NCBI GenBank assembly: GCA_951406725.2 | Contig: OX597822.1 | Span: forward strand, 93,868,001 to 93,932,000 | Length of the DNA stretch: 64,000 nt | Direction: 5' to 3' | Source of the DNA: Octopus vulgaris | Lineage: Eukaryota | Shown here: positions 1 to 11,015 of the stretch, one piece after another | Position numbering within the stretch: position 1 is the first letter of the stretch | How the letters are laid out: each line of letters begins with the position of its first letter | Translations under genes and position numbers: made by a program | Notes under the pieces: model-generated | The model's input: only the letters and a program-made list of their open reading frames with translations | Databases searched by the model: none | Told to the model about the DNA's origin: nothing

Positions 1-2709
1 TTTTCATACTAGATTTCGAGTCTAAGAAGGAATTTCTAGTCGATTCCGGAGCGTCCTGCAGTATATGGCCGTCTAAATTTGTTAAAGAAGAACTTCTCGC
101 TTCTGACATACCTCTTCAAGCAGTCAACAGCTCTCCTATTAAAACTTTCGGTGAGATTTCACTCACACTGGACCTGAATCTCAGACGAAATTTCCAGTGG
201 GTTTTCACCATTTCTGACCTTTCTCATCCAATTTTAGGGGCTGATTTTCTCCACCATTTTTCACTATTAGTGGATGTCGAAAGAAAGAGACTTATTGATA
301 GCAGTACACAATTCTGTGCTTTAGGAAGATATTTCAATTCCACTTCTGCCAGTTCACTATTTTTTATTGCCGACAAATATCAAGCCTTGCTTCAATCCCT
401 TCCTGAATTAAATTTAAGTTTCAATGTCAATGCTTCAGCACATACAACTACTCATCATATAACCACCAATGGATCTCCCGTATTCTTGCGTCCTAGACGT
501 TTACCACCTGAAAAACTCAAAGCTGCTAAAGCAGAGTTCAGGTATATGCTCCAGCTTGGAATATAATTTGGAAAGAGGTAAATTCCATATGGCTAAAAGC
601 TTTTTACAACAAATCGGAGCTCCGCCAGTTTTATGTCACTTATCCCAGGTAGGAGCTCCGCAAGTTTTATGTCTTTTATCCTTAGGAGCAATTTTACTTC
701 TTTTCTGAGTCTTCATAAAACAGATAGGTCCTTTTAGCCATATTCCTTTATCTCCTCTACACAATAAAACCCCAGTGTTCCGAGTCTCCCGAGTGCTTAC
801 AGTGTTCGGTATGCAAAGGATGTCCTCGTGCATCACACAGTCGTCAAGTACTTCTCGTTTCCCAAACAGCAGTCCTACCCCAAAAAGGATCCTTCAAAGA
901 GTAACTGGTCATCACCACTCCATTTAGGGGAAAAGAAATCTGGTGATTCTAGACCTACTGGTGACTATATACGATTCAACGCTATCACCATTCTAAATAG
1001 GTATCCTATATCACTATCCAAGATTTTGCATCTTCTCTGCATGGTTGCACTTTTTCTCAAAAATAGATTTGATACGCGCATACCATCAGATTCCTATAAA
1101 TCCAGATGATTTTCCGAAAACGGCTACTGCAACTCCATTCGAGTCATTTGAATTTCTAACCATGCCCTTTGGGTTAAGGAACGCCGCCAGTACTTTTCAA
1201 CGTTTCATTGATGAAGTAATACATGGATTAGATTTCGTCTACGCCTATATCGACGATCTTCTCATCTTCCGAGAAAGAACATGAGATTCGTTTGAAGCAA
1301 CTTTTCGAAAGGCTTTCTCAATACAAAATTCGTATCAACGCTACCAAATGTATTTTCGGTGTGCCTTCTCTCACTTTCCTTGGACACAGCATTGATAAGG
1401 ATGGAATTAGGCCTTTGCCAGAAAAAGGTTGAGGCTATCGTAAAAATCCCCAGTTCCTGTTTCATTAAGACAGCTCAGGCAATTTCTTGGATTAGCTAAT
1501 TTCTATCGACGTTTTATATCCCATTGTGCTGAAACTTTATACTCACTCAGCAAATTGCTGCAACACCGTAAGAAGAGAACAGAAAATATCACTTTAACTC
1601 CTGCTGAAATACAAACTTTCGACAATGTTAAACAGAAACTCTCTCGTGTTTCCATGTTAGCTCACCCCATTCCTGATGCCGAAATTTCTCTTGTAGTCGA
1701 CGCGTCCGAAATTAGCGTCGGGGCAGTCATTCAACAACTCCACCATGGCGAATGGCAACCTCTGGAGTTTTTCTCCAAGCAGTTAAAACCAGCTGAAATT
1801 AAATATAGCGCGTTCAGTCGTGAACTGTTAGCAATTTACCTCACATTTTGGAAGGGAGAAACTTCACAATATTTACGGACCATAAACCATTATCTTTTGC
1901 TTTACACTGCAAGCCATATAAATTTTCTCCGAGTGACATTCGACATTTGGATTACATTTCACAATTCACGAGTGATATACGATATATTCCAAGTTCTGAG
2001 AACATTGTTGCAGTTTCTTTATCCCATTTACCTGTAAACGCGTTATTTTCAACTGCAGAAATTAACTTAGACGAAACGTCTGAAGATCAGCCACCCGTTG
2101 ATTTGAATAATATACAACAACCAGAATTAATTCCTTTTGACCTCCAATTTTTCCCAGTTGCAACATCAAACAAACAGATCGTTTGCGATTTCCATTCTGG
2201 TAAACCTCGCGCATTAGTTCCCGAAAAGCATTGCCATATCGTTTTCTCAGCACTACACAATACTTCACATCTAGGTATAACAGCAACATTGAAGCTTATT
2301 ACAGCTCGTTTCGTTTGACCGAACATGCGTCGAGACATAACTAATTAGACTCGTACCTGTGTCGAGTGTCAAATATCCAAGGTACATAAACATATCCGCG
2401 CACCGTTAGGCACTTTTTCCACTCCAGATGCACGATTCCAGCACGTACATGTTGATATAGTAGGACCTTGGCCTGATAGTCAGGACTACGCGTTTTTATT
2501 AACCTGTATCGATCGTTTTTCCCGCTGGCCAGAAGTCATTCCACCCACAGACATCTCTTCCCAAACTGTGGCACATGCTTTAGTCACAGGATGGATCTCT
2601 CGTTTCGGAACACATTTAAAAATAACAACAGATCACGGATGTTAATTTGAAGCTATGCTTTTCCAGGAGCTTACCAAGATTTTAGAAAGTAAACACATCC
2701 ATTCTACCA
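1..2709 (+). mobile_element. pol: Degenerate Ty3/Gypsy LTR-retrotransposon pol (protease-RT-RNase H-integrase) with frameshifts and stops
   Basis: FLVDSGAS protease motif near 33-56; [21 protein letters not shown]...YAYIDDLL (1045-1284); RNase H VDAS...FFSKQL...YSAFSRELLAIY and FTIFTDHKPL (1555-2000); integrase HHCC region and HVHVDIVGP/CIDRFSRWPEVIP (2250-2700). Domain order is Gypsy-type. Confidence 0.95.
566..888. other. ~320-bp foreign insertion interrupting Gypsy RT
   Basis: The pol frame reads ...MLQLGI, breaks, and resumes at PSKSNWSSPLH (~891). The insert has 2-3 tandem ~35-bp units starting GGAGCTCCGC. Confidence 0.6.
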
Positions 2710-2962
2710 CATTATTTACATTATTTACATTATTTACATTCGACGGATATTTGTCCTAATCTTGATTTTTGTTAACACAACGTTTCGGCTGATATACCCC
2801 CCAGCCTTCTTCATCTGTCTTGGGGAAATTTCGAACCTGGGTTCTCATTCCTAAGTTATTTTTCCATAATATTATTATTATTGTTGTTGTTGTTGTTGCT
2901 GTTCAGGTCACTGCTTCGAGTCGAACTCGGAAACTTGAGGTTAGTAACCCGCGCTCTTAACC
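2710..2962 (-). mobile_element. tRNA-head SINE with degenerate hammerhead-like motif and (AATGTAAAT)n tail
   Basis: Minus strand: GGTTAAGAGCGCGGG...GAGTTCGACTC (A/B-box-like head), (AAC)n linker, GAAGAA-GGCTG-loop-CAGCC-GAAAC, tandem tail at 2710-2740. Truncates the Gypsy integrase. Confidence 0.7.
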
Positions 2963-3039
2963 TTTACAAAACAAGACATTAAAACATATTTGCCTAAGGA
3001 CTATTATTCATCAACTCATGTTTTTGTTCGCAACGAGCT

Positions 3040-3122
3040 ATAATAGATGACACTCGCCCAAGATGCCGTGCAGTGGGACTGAAACTAAGACTACATATTT
3101 GGAAAATAAGCTTCTTAACCAT
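3040..3122 (-). mobile_element. CORE-type SINE fragment
   Basis: Reverse complement reads TCAGTCCCACTGCACGGCATCTTGGGCGAGTGTC, matching the CORE-like SINE at 4226-4392. Confidence 0.6.
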
Positions 3123-3317
3123 GGTCAACAGATGGTGGAATTTTCTAAAAATTGTCTGAAGGAAGCTTTAAAATAGCAAGAAACTGTTAACATTTGAAAA
3201 CCCTACGACGATATTTACTTCCTCGAATAATTATCATTATTATTTATAGATATTTATCTATTAAAAATATTTTTCTTGTCAAAAGTATTTATCTAGGTCA
3301 TATTCATATTTTCATAT

Positions 3318-3500
3318 TTAATTATGTTGTCAGAAGTAGTTTCATCAAATTGTTATTGCGTTATGAAACCATCACTATTATTTTCAGCTTCCTTATGATC
3401 TATATCTGACTGTATAGTTCAGGTGAATGACCGAATCCAAGTTTAGTTGTTTAGAAGGAGATTATACTTTTCAGGGCATTCACCTCATAAGGGGGCTGTA
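3318..3500 (+). promoter_or_regulatory. Conserved non-coding module, subtype X (copies ~21894-22075, ~34093-34275)
   Basis: CCATC - TATTTTCAGCTT - TGA(T/C)C(T/C)ATAT - AGGTGAaTGACCG (3421-3433) - AGGGCAtTCACCT (3473-3485). Regulatory function is inferred. Confidence 0.5.
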
Positions 3501-3631
3501 CACTTATAATGTTTATATCCCCTTTACGTTTCCAGTTGTTTGAATCACTGATTATCACCACGTGTCTTAGTCTTGGATTTGCACATGGTCCCAAAAATAA
3601 CATTTATTTCTAACTTATTGTAAGAAAGTTA

Positions 3632-4054
3632 GAATCTTTTCGGTTTGATCGGCAGTTTTTAACATAATTTCTAGGTAACTAAAACTTTTTAAACTTCGTA
3701 TACTGGTAGAATGTTTTTATAAAACATCTTTTTCTCTTGGCTTTATTGAGAAAATTCTATAGTTTGTAAGATATTTGTTGTTTTTTCTTCTTCAATTTCT
3801 GCAATTTCAACCAATCACTGACGTCTATTGAGGTAAAAACATTGTGTGCCGCATGAATATGTCCCTAGTTTAAGAAACAGATTGGATTAATTTACATTTG
3901 TGAAGAAAAAAAGATACCCTTCTCCCCACCCCTAACCCTAACTATAACCCTAAAACAGATTGAAATGCAATAGATCGATACTAGGGTCATAATTATGGGT
4001 GACAATTTCATATGACACCGCTAGAAAAAACTGCCGTTCAAACCGAAAAGATCC
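3632..4054. mobile_element. hAT-type MITE
   Basis: ~28-bp TIRs (GGATCTTTTCGGTTTGAACGGCAGTTTT), 8-bp TSD GAAAGTTA at 3624-3631 and 4055-4062, internal CCCTAA repeats. Confidence 0.9.
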
Positions 4055-4225
4055 GAAAGTTATTATGCTTACATTAGAAATGAAAGTTCTTAGTTTGAGT
4101 CCCGCTCGGGACAATGTATACAACCAATGATACCCTATGAATCGACCATCAAACCGACCGCAAAGAAGTGTAATTACGATTTTTGTAAGCCACAGGTATG
4201 GCTCTGTGGTAGGTATAGGTGCATG

Positions 4226-4392
4226 GGTGTGTGTATTTTGGAGATGCTTGCTTCACAACTATGTGGTTTTGAGTTCAGTCCCACTGCTTGGCACCTTGGG
4301 CACGTGTCTTCTGCTATTTCCCTGAGCTGACCAAAGATTTGTGATGGATTTTGGTTGACAGAAACTGAAAACAAAATACAAGACGTCTGTAT
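4226..4392 (+). mobile_element. CORE-type tRNA-derived SINE (copies ~22800-22965, ~34995-35160)
   Basis: B-box-like GAGTTCAGTCCC followed by CORE-like GGCACCTTGGGCACGTGTCTTC; ends in a microsatellite. Confidence 0.7.
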
Positions 4393-4397
4393 ATGTT

Positions 4398-4445
<48 letters not shown>

Positions 4446-4559
4446 GTATGTATATGTATATGAATGTATATGTGTATATGTATATATGTATATGTATATA
4501 TATGTATATATATATTTATATGTATATGTATGTATATGTATGTATATTGTATATATATG

Positions 4560-4599
<40 letters not shown>

Positions 4600-4869
4600 T
4601 ATATGTCTATATATATATGCATATATATATATGTTTATATATGTGTATATATATATGTGTATATATATATGTGTATATATATATGTGTATATATATATGT
4701 GTATATATATATGTGTATATATATATGTATATATATATATGTATATATATATGTATATATATATATGTATATATATGTATATATATATGTATATATGCAT
4801 GTATATATGCATGTATGTATGTATATATGTATGTATGTATGTATGTATATATGTATGTATATATGTATG

Positions 4870-4902
<33 letters not shown>

Positions 4903-5164
4903 GTATGTATATATGTATATATATATATGTATATATGTATGTATATATGTACATATATATGTGTATATATATATGTGTATATATATATATGTATATATAT
5001 ATGTGTATACATATATGTATATATATATATGTGTATATATATATGTGTATATATATATGTGTATATATATATGTGTATATATATATGTGTATATATATAT
5101 GTGTATATATATATATATACACATATATATATACACACATATATATATACACATATATATGTGT
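4398..5164. repeat. Compound (TA)n/(TATG)n microsatellite
   Basis: Directly visible; source of the YI/CM-rich spurious ORFs. Confidence 0.98.
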
Positions 5165-5544
5165 GGAGGCGCAATGGCCCAGTGGTTAGGGCAGCGGACC
5201 CGCGGTCGTAGGATCACGGTTTCGATTCCCAGACCGGGCATTGTGAGTGTTTATTGAGCGAAAACACCTAAAGCTCCACGAGGCTCCGGCAGGGGATGGT
5301 GGTGATCCCTGCTGTACTCTTTCACCACAACTTTCTCTCACTCTTACTTCCTGTTTCTGTTGTACCTGTATTTCAAAGGGCCGGCCTTGTCACACACTGT
5401 GTCACGCTGAATCTCCTCGAGAACTACGTTAAGGGTACACGTGTCTGTGGAATGCTCAGCCACTTGCACGTTAATTCCACGAGCAAGCTGTTCCGTTGAT
5501 CGTATCAGCTGGGACCCTCATCGTCGTAACCGACGGAGTGCTCC
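5165..5544 (+). mobile_element. Full-length tRNA-derived SINE (~380 bp) inserted in a TA tract
   Basis: A box TGGCCCAGTGG, B box GGTTTCGATTCC, GC-rich body, microsatellite on both sides. Confidence 0.8.
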
Positions 5545-5546
5545 TA

Positions 5547-5774
5547 GATATATATATGTGTATATATATATGTATATATATGTATATATATATGTGTATA
5601 TGTATGTATATATGTATGCATATATGTATGTATATATATGTATATATGTATATATATATGCATATATACTTTGATACTTTGATACTTTGATAGGTTTCGG
5701 CCATTATTGGCCCAGGCCATGTCTAACTTAATAGCACATATATATGTATGTATATATACGTATGTATATATATG

Positions 5775-5834
<60 letters not shown>

Positions 5835-5843
5835 TATATATAT

Positions 5844-5898
<55 letters not shown>

Positions 5899-5975
5899 TA
5901 TATATACAATATATATATATATACAATATATATATATATACAATATATATATATATAAATATATATATATATACA

Positions 5976-6006
<31 letters not shown>

Positions 6007-6008
6007 CA

Positions 6009-6082
<74 letters not shown>
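5547..6082. repeat. (TA)n-rich microsatellite
   Basis: Directly visible. Confidence 0.95.
5668..5737 (-). mobile_element. Extreme 3' end of the CR1-group LINE family seen at 35860-36700
   Basis: Reverse complement GTGCTATTAAGTTAGACATGGCCTGGGCCAAT matches 36636-36667; tail of (TATCAAAG)n. Confidence 0.8.
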
Positions 6083-6083
<1 letters not shown>

Positions 6084-6310
6084 TCGTTGTGTGCATCCCG
6101 GACAAAGGCAACCACCCATTAGGGCGTTCATCGATGACCTCACAGTCATGACAGACTCAGCGCTAGGCTGCCAGTAGATTCTGCAGGGACTAGGAAAGGT
6201 GATGGAGTGGGCTCGGATGCGTTACAAACCAACCAAATCAAGATCTATGGTGTTGAGGAAAGCGAAGGTGGAGGACAAGTTCCGGTTTAACATCTCAGGA
6301 ACAGCCATTC
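6084..6310 (+). pseudogene. HERO/NeSL-like (RLE-clade) non-LTR reverse transcriptase fragment (copy at ~24535-24760)
   Basis: [14 protein letters not shown]...[31 protein letters not shown]; in-frame TAG. Clade assignment is from recalled similarity. Confidence 0.75.
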
Positions 6311-6872
6311 CGTGTGGCAACTGGTGTTGGTTTGTTTGCGTTCCTCCGTCAATTAGCGGATCGACTCAACGAGAGCAATAAAACACGTGTCAGACTTCAA
6401 ATAAGTTCTTCATTGAAACTCAGCAATGCGATACTCCAGTATGGGTGCAGTCCAGTAACCGAAACAGATAAAGGAATTGTCATTTCGTCACAGCACTTTT
6501 ATTTCTAGTTAACTTGTTAATTGTTTACCGCACGTTTCATACGAATTCTACAGATAAAAACAAAAACAGATAACAAATACAGATAACAACAAAAACACGA
6601 CGTGAGACTGGAAAATATAAAGTACAAAAAACAAAAATAAATTAAAAGAAGAAAAACATGACAGCTGGGATGAGGACAGAAAACAAGATTAAAAGATGCT
6701 AAGCAATCGAATGTTTGTATACATTTTATATTCTTTCTTATGACAAAGAATAGACATAATTTTATGGAATTTCCCTGGGGAGATTTTGAAATAACAGAAT
6801 TCGAACCTCATTCCCCAACACTTCCCAGGTAACTAAAACGTCAAGAAGGATTTTCTCAAACATATATTTATT

Positions 6873-7786
6873 CCTATCTTAATCGCATTTTTAGATGTAG
6901 TTATTCCATTAGAAACAACTTGTTTTATTGGCATAAATCCATCTTGACTATTTCAGCTTTCTCGTGACCTATATTTTATAAGTACAGGTGAATGACCGAC
7001 TGTGAGAATTTCTGTTTAGGGGATTTTGTGTTTTTCAGGGTATTGACCTCATAGCAAGGGAGTCCAACATACGTGTATTTACTCAACGTTTGTTTTTGTT
7101 TGACTTGCGATCGTCACCAGGCAATTTTGTTCCTGAATATTTGCATGATTCCTGACTGGATTCGATGTAGAAATATCTATTTCTAAATCACTTATATATA
7201 TAAAAAAAATTAAACATAAAAAAAAAACTAAAAAAAACTTGATCCCTGGGGTGGAATAAACTTAAATTGTCACTCTAATTTCAACTTTGTCCTGTGCTGC
7301 AGAGCAGCCGTTTGCACTTTAAGTTAATTGTAGGTGTCTGTATATGTGATCGTGTATCGGAAATTATCAGCTCTGTATTTATATCAATGACATCCTGATC
7401 CCAAGCCCTGTAGGTGAGAGAGCAATAAGTGTTCGGAAATTACATCGAAACTCTACATCGAAACTAGACTGCGACTATGCACACATTCTGGGTATAAAAC
7501 GGGATAATCAGAAATCAAGCAAATGTGTAAATATGATGATCAGAAATCAAGAAATGTGTAAATATAAATATTGCCTATGCTTGTACTCCCTCCGTACGCG
7601 GTCAATGGCCTGAAATATATAATCCCCTTAATAACAGCTATTCTCGCTCTCGGTCATTCACCTGTACTCATAAATGTAGGTCACGAGAAAGCTAAAAATA
7701 TAGGTCTTAAGATGGCTTAATGTCAATAAAATGATTTGATTGGTTTGTTTCTAATGCAATAATCAAATCTAAAAGTATGATGAAGA
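6873..7786. promoter_or_regulatory. Inverted-arm cassette: module subtype L (+), octamer/TATA core, module subtype R (-)
   Basis: Arm ~6873-7082 is homologous to the reverse complement of ~7557-7786. Each arm has a RORE-like site and two IR-1 sites. Core has ATTTGCAT (7139-7146) and TATAAAA (7493-7499). Confidence 0.6.
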
Positions 7787-8558
7787 AGTGAAGAAAGGTG
7801 TTAAGCATACATTCAGATTTAGTCATTAAAATACAGTCAAGATATTTTTTCTCATTAATTATTATGAAGCATTTGTTTTTAAGAGAACAGTAAATGATAA
7901 TTTGGAATTTCTGGAACTGGTTTTAAATCTTGTATTTTGTTCAAGAGATTTTTTTCTGTTTTTTTCGTACATAATTAATATTCTTATATTCTAAAACTTA
8001 TGCTGATATTTTGGGAATTTATTATAAGTTTCGGGAAAATATTTCGACTATTTTGTTGTTGCAAGAACTCAGAAAATCCAAATTTATTGGTTCAATCCCC
8101 CTCTGTTAACCACCCCGATGTCATTTACAATTCAGTAATGAGTGGCTGTGAGAATTTCTGTTGCTAAGGGGATTTTGTGTTTTTCAGGGTATTGACCTTA
8201 TAGCAAGGGAGTTCAACATACGTGTATTTACTCAACGTTTGTCTTTGTTTGATTTGGGATCGTCACCGGGCAGTTTTGTTCCTGAATATTTGCATAATTC
8301 CTGACTGGATTCGATGTAGAAATATCTATTTCTAAATAATTTATAAAAGAGAAACATGTTACCTGGGGTGGAATAAACTTAATTTGTCACTCTAATTTCA
8401 ACGTTGTCCTGTCCTGCAGAGCAGCTTTTGCACTTTAAGTTAATTCTAGGTGTCTGTATATGTGATTGTATAGCGGAAATTATCAGCTCTGTATTCATAT
8501 TTAATGATAGCTTGACTCCAGCCCCTGTAAGTGAGAGAGCAAATAATTTCGATCGGCG

Positions 8559-8658
8559 NNNNNNNNNNNNNNNNNNNNNNNNNNNNNNNNNNNNNNNNNN
8601 NNNNNNNNNNNNNNNNNNNNNNNNNNNNNNNNNNNNNNNNNNNNNNNNNNNNNNNNNN
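8559..8658. other. Assembly gap (100 N)
   Basis: Run of N. Confidence 1.
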
Positions 8659-8687
8659 AAATAATTTATAAAAAAGAAACATGTTAC

Positions 8688-8973
8688 CTGCCAGTAGATT
8701 CTGCAGGGACTAGAAATGGTGATGGAGTGGGCTCGGATGCGTTACAAACCAACCAAATCAAGATCTATGGTGCTGAGAAAGGGAAGGCGGAGCACAAGTT
8801 CCGCTTTAACATCTCAGGAACAGCCTTTACATCAATCACAGAGAAGCCAGTCAAGATCTTGGGCAAGGTTTTCGACAGCTCATTGAGAGACATCACATCT
8901 ATCCAGTCGGCCTGCACTGAGTTGGATGGATGGCCGAAATCCATGAACCACTCAGGCCTACCTGGGAAGTTTA

Positions 8974-8975
<2 letters not shown>
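8688..8975 (+). pseudogene. HERO-like RT fragment (copies ~17382-17670, ~47957-48245, ~56680-56970)
   Basis: ...[20 protein letters not shown] / FRFNISGTAFTSITEKPVKILGKVFDSSL...SGLPGKF with a frameshift. Confidence 0.75.
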
Positions 8976-9052
<77 letters not shown>

Positions 9053-9111
9053 ACGTTTAAGTATTTGTTGTGCAAGATTTTTATGTGAAGTCGTGTGTTG
9101 AAACAGATATT

Positions 9112-9468
9112 GTTATATTTCGGAATGGTCATTTTGCCAGTTTAGCCAATAAAAACACACGCACTATATATTTGGTGTTACTTTGCTTCAGTGTTATTTA
9201 TTTTTTACATTAATCTTAATCTTATTTCGGCCAGAGTTCTTTCGTCACACTCCTGTGACCGCATCAGTGGTCTTTTGTTTTCTTCACACTTATTTGTGTC
9301 TCTCCTTACTAACCGTCTGATGCGGTCACAGGAGTGTGACGAAAGAACTCTGGCCGAAATAAGATTAAGATTAATGTAAAAAATAAATAAAACTGAAGCA
9401 AAGTAACACCAAATATATAGTGCGTGTGTTTTTATTGGCTAAACTGGCAAAATGACCATTCCGAAATA

Positions 9469-9472
<4 letters not shown>
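9112..9472. repeat. Foldback element: 156-bp near-perfect inverted repeat with 49-nt spacer
   Basis: 9112-9267 is the reverse complement of 9317-9472 (one mismatch seen); flanked by (TA)n. Confidence 0.95.
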
Positions 9473-9546
<74 letters not shown>

Positions 9547-9981
9547 TAAACAATCAAAAGATCAACAGTCAATACTGAGTTGAGATATTTGCAGATCGTA
9601 GGAGTATGGTTTGTGAATACATTTGTATTGTTGAGTACAGATAAAACCTAACATGGGCAAACCTTTTGATTTCGGTGTTCATCGAAGCCAAGAGAATTTA
9701 TAAATATTAGACATATATAATGACGTGAAGTCCTGATTATAAACACATATATTACTGTATTCTTGAGACTGAATGTGGTGATTTAAGGCTTGATTAATGG
9801 ATCGAAATGTGATTAAAATGTCACCTCGCTTATCCCTGACGTACATTTCTGAGTCATTAGAAAAGAAATCATATTTTTTACTGTCTATCTAATTCTCCAA
9901 ACCCGTTCCATCAACACCGGTGAATATTGTTTGGAATAGGTTGTGCTTGACTTGACTAAAAACTATATACAACTGGCCACT

Positions 9982-10195
9982 GAGCCGGCAGAAACGTTAG
10001 CACACCGGGCGAAATGCTTAGCGGTATTTCGTCTGCCGTTACGTTCCGAGTTCAAATTCCGCCGAGGTCGACTTTGCCTTTCATCCTTTCGGGGTCGATA
10101 AATTAAGTTACGCACTGGAGTCGATATAATCGACTTAATCTGTTTGTCTGTCCTTGTTTCTACCTTCTGTGTGTAGCCCCTTGAGGGCAGTAAAA
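9982..10195 (+). mobile_element. Abundant tRNA-derived SINE (copies ~18603-18815, 40896-41108, 49196-49408, 57924-58135)
   Basis: GGCAGAAACGTTAGCA...GAGTTCAAATTCC (B box)...GCCTTTCATCCTTTCGGGGTCGATAAA...; A-rich tail. Confidence 0.85.
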
Positions 10196-10504
10196 AAAAA
10201 AAGAAAAAAAAAACAAATAACAACTGGCCACTAGTAATGATGTTAAATAGTTACTAAAAAATAGGACTGATATTTTCTGCAAGTCAAGTTGCTTCAATAA
10301 ACTTGACATATCTCAGCAAAAAATTATTTTCAAATATGATATTTTCATCATAAAATAGATTGGTGTATAAAACTGCTTTTCGCAGTTTTGCGTGGATATG
10401 ATTTCGGCAGTTAAAGGTGTTGACGTGACGAAGAAGGGAGATAAACACCAGCTATTACATATTGGTTTCAAATTTTTGCACAAGGCAAGCAATTTGGTGA
10501 AAGG

Positions 10505-10860
10505 GTAAGCCGATTACATCGACCTCAGTGCTCAACTGGTACTTATTTTACCGATCCCGAAAGGATAAAAGGCAAAGTCGACCTCGGTGGAATTTGAATT
10601 CAAAACGTACAGACGAATGAAATGCTGTCCAGCGTTCTAACGATTCTGACAGCTCGCTGCCTTTTATCAGCCACTAATATTAATCGTTACCAAGGCGGCG
10701 AGCTGCCGGAATCGCTAACATGACTTGCGAAATGCTTAGCGACATTTTGCCCGTCTTTATGTTCTGAGTTCTAATTCCGCTTGGGTCGACTTTTTTCTTT
10801 TATCCATTCGGAGTTGATAAAATAAGTACCAGTTGAGTACTGGGGTCGATATAATCGTCG
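10505..10860. mobile_element. Head-to-head pair of diverged SINE copies (minus ~10505-10662, plus ~10692-10860), repeated in each array unit
   Basis: Same SINE consensus as 9982-10195 on opposite strands. Confidence 0.75.
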
Positions 10861-11015
10861 AACCCCCACCTTCCATCGAGAATGCTGGCCTTGTGCCAAG
10901 ATTTGAAACCAATATTACTATTGCGTTTCCTTGTCCGTATTTCTCGGAATAAATAATACTTCCGAATACCCTGGAACTTCCGTGGTTCATACATATTCTT
11001 TTTAACATTTTCGTA

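Noticed and set aside
3930-3953. Interstitial telomere or chromosome-fusion scar
   Set aside because: Only 3-4 units, internal to every copy of the MITE.
5165-5236. tRNA gene
   Set aside because: The tRNA-like head continues into a SINE body with no acceptor-stem closure or terminator.
4355-5257. Long ORFs rich in Y/I/M/C/V/H/T (also 23033-24148, 34919-36214 and others)
   Set aside because: Translations of TA-rich microsatellites that lack stops by composition.
6774-6830. CCTGGGGA...TTCCCAGG hairpin as a pre-miRNA
   Set aside because: Stem is too interrupted and substitutions among copies are not clearly compensatory.
6990-7025. SECIS-like AUGA...AA...GA
   Set aside because: AA-to-GA distance is too short, helix II pairs poorly, and there is no selenoprotein ORF.
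6957-7038. TTTCAG...CAG|GTGAAT micro-exon and ~50-nt intron reading of the module
   Set aside because: No reading frame is kept across subtypes and subtype Y lacks the first acceptor AG; the motifs are better explained as palindromic DNA sites.
7533-7613. Box C/D snoRNA-like ATGATGA...CTGA
   Set aside because: No terminal stem or recognisable rRNA guide; box C arises at a short direct-repeat junction and is mutated in the ~33540 copy.
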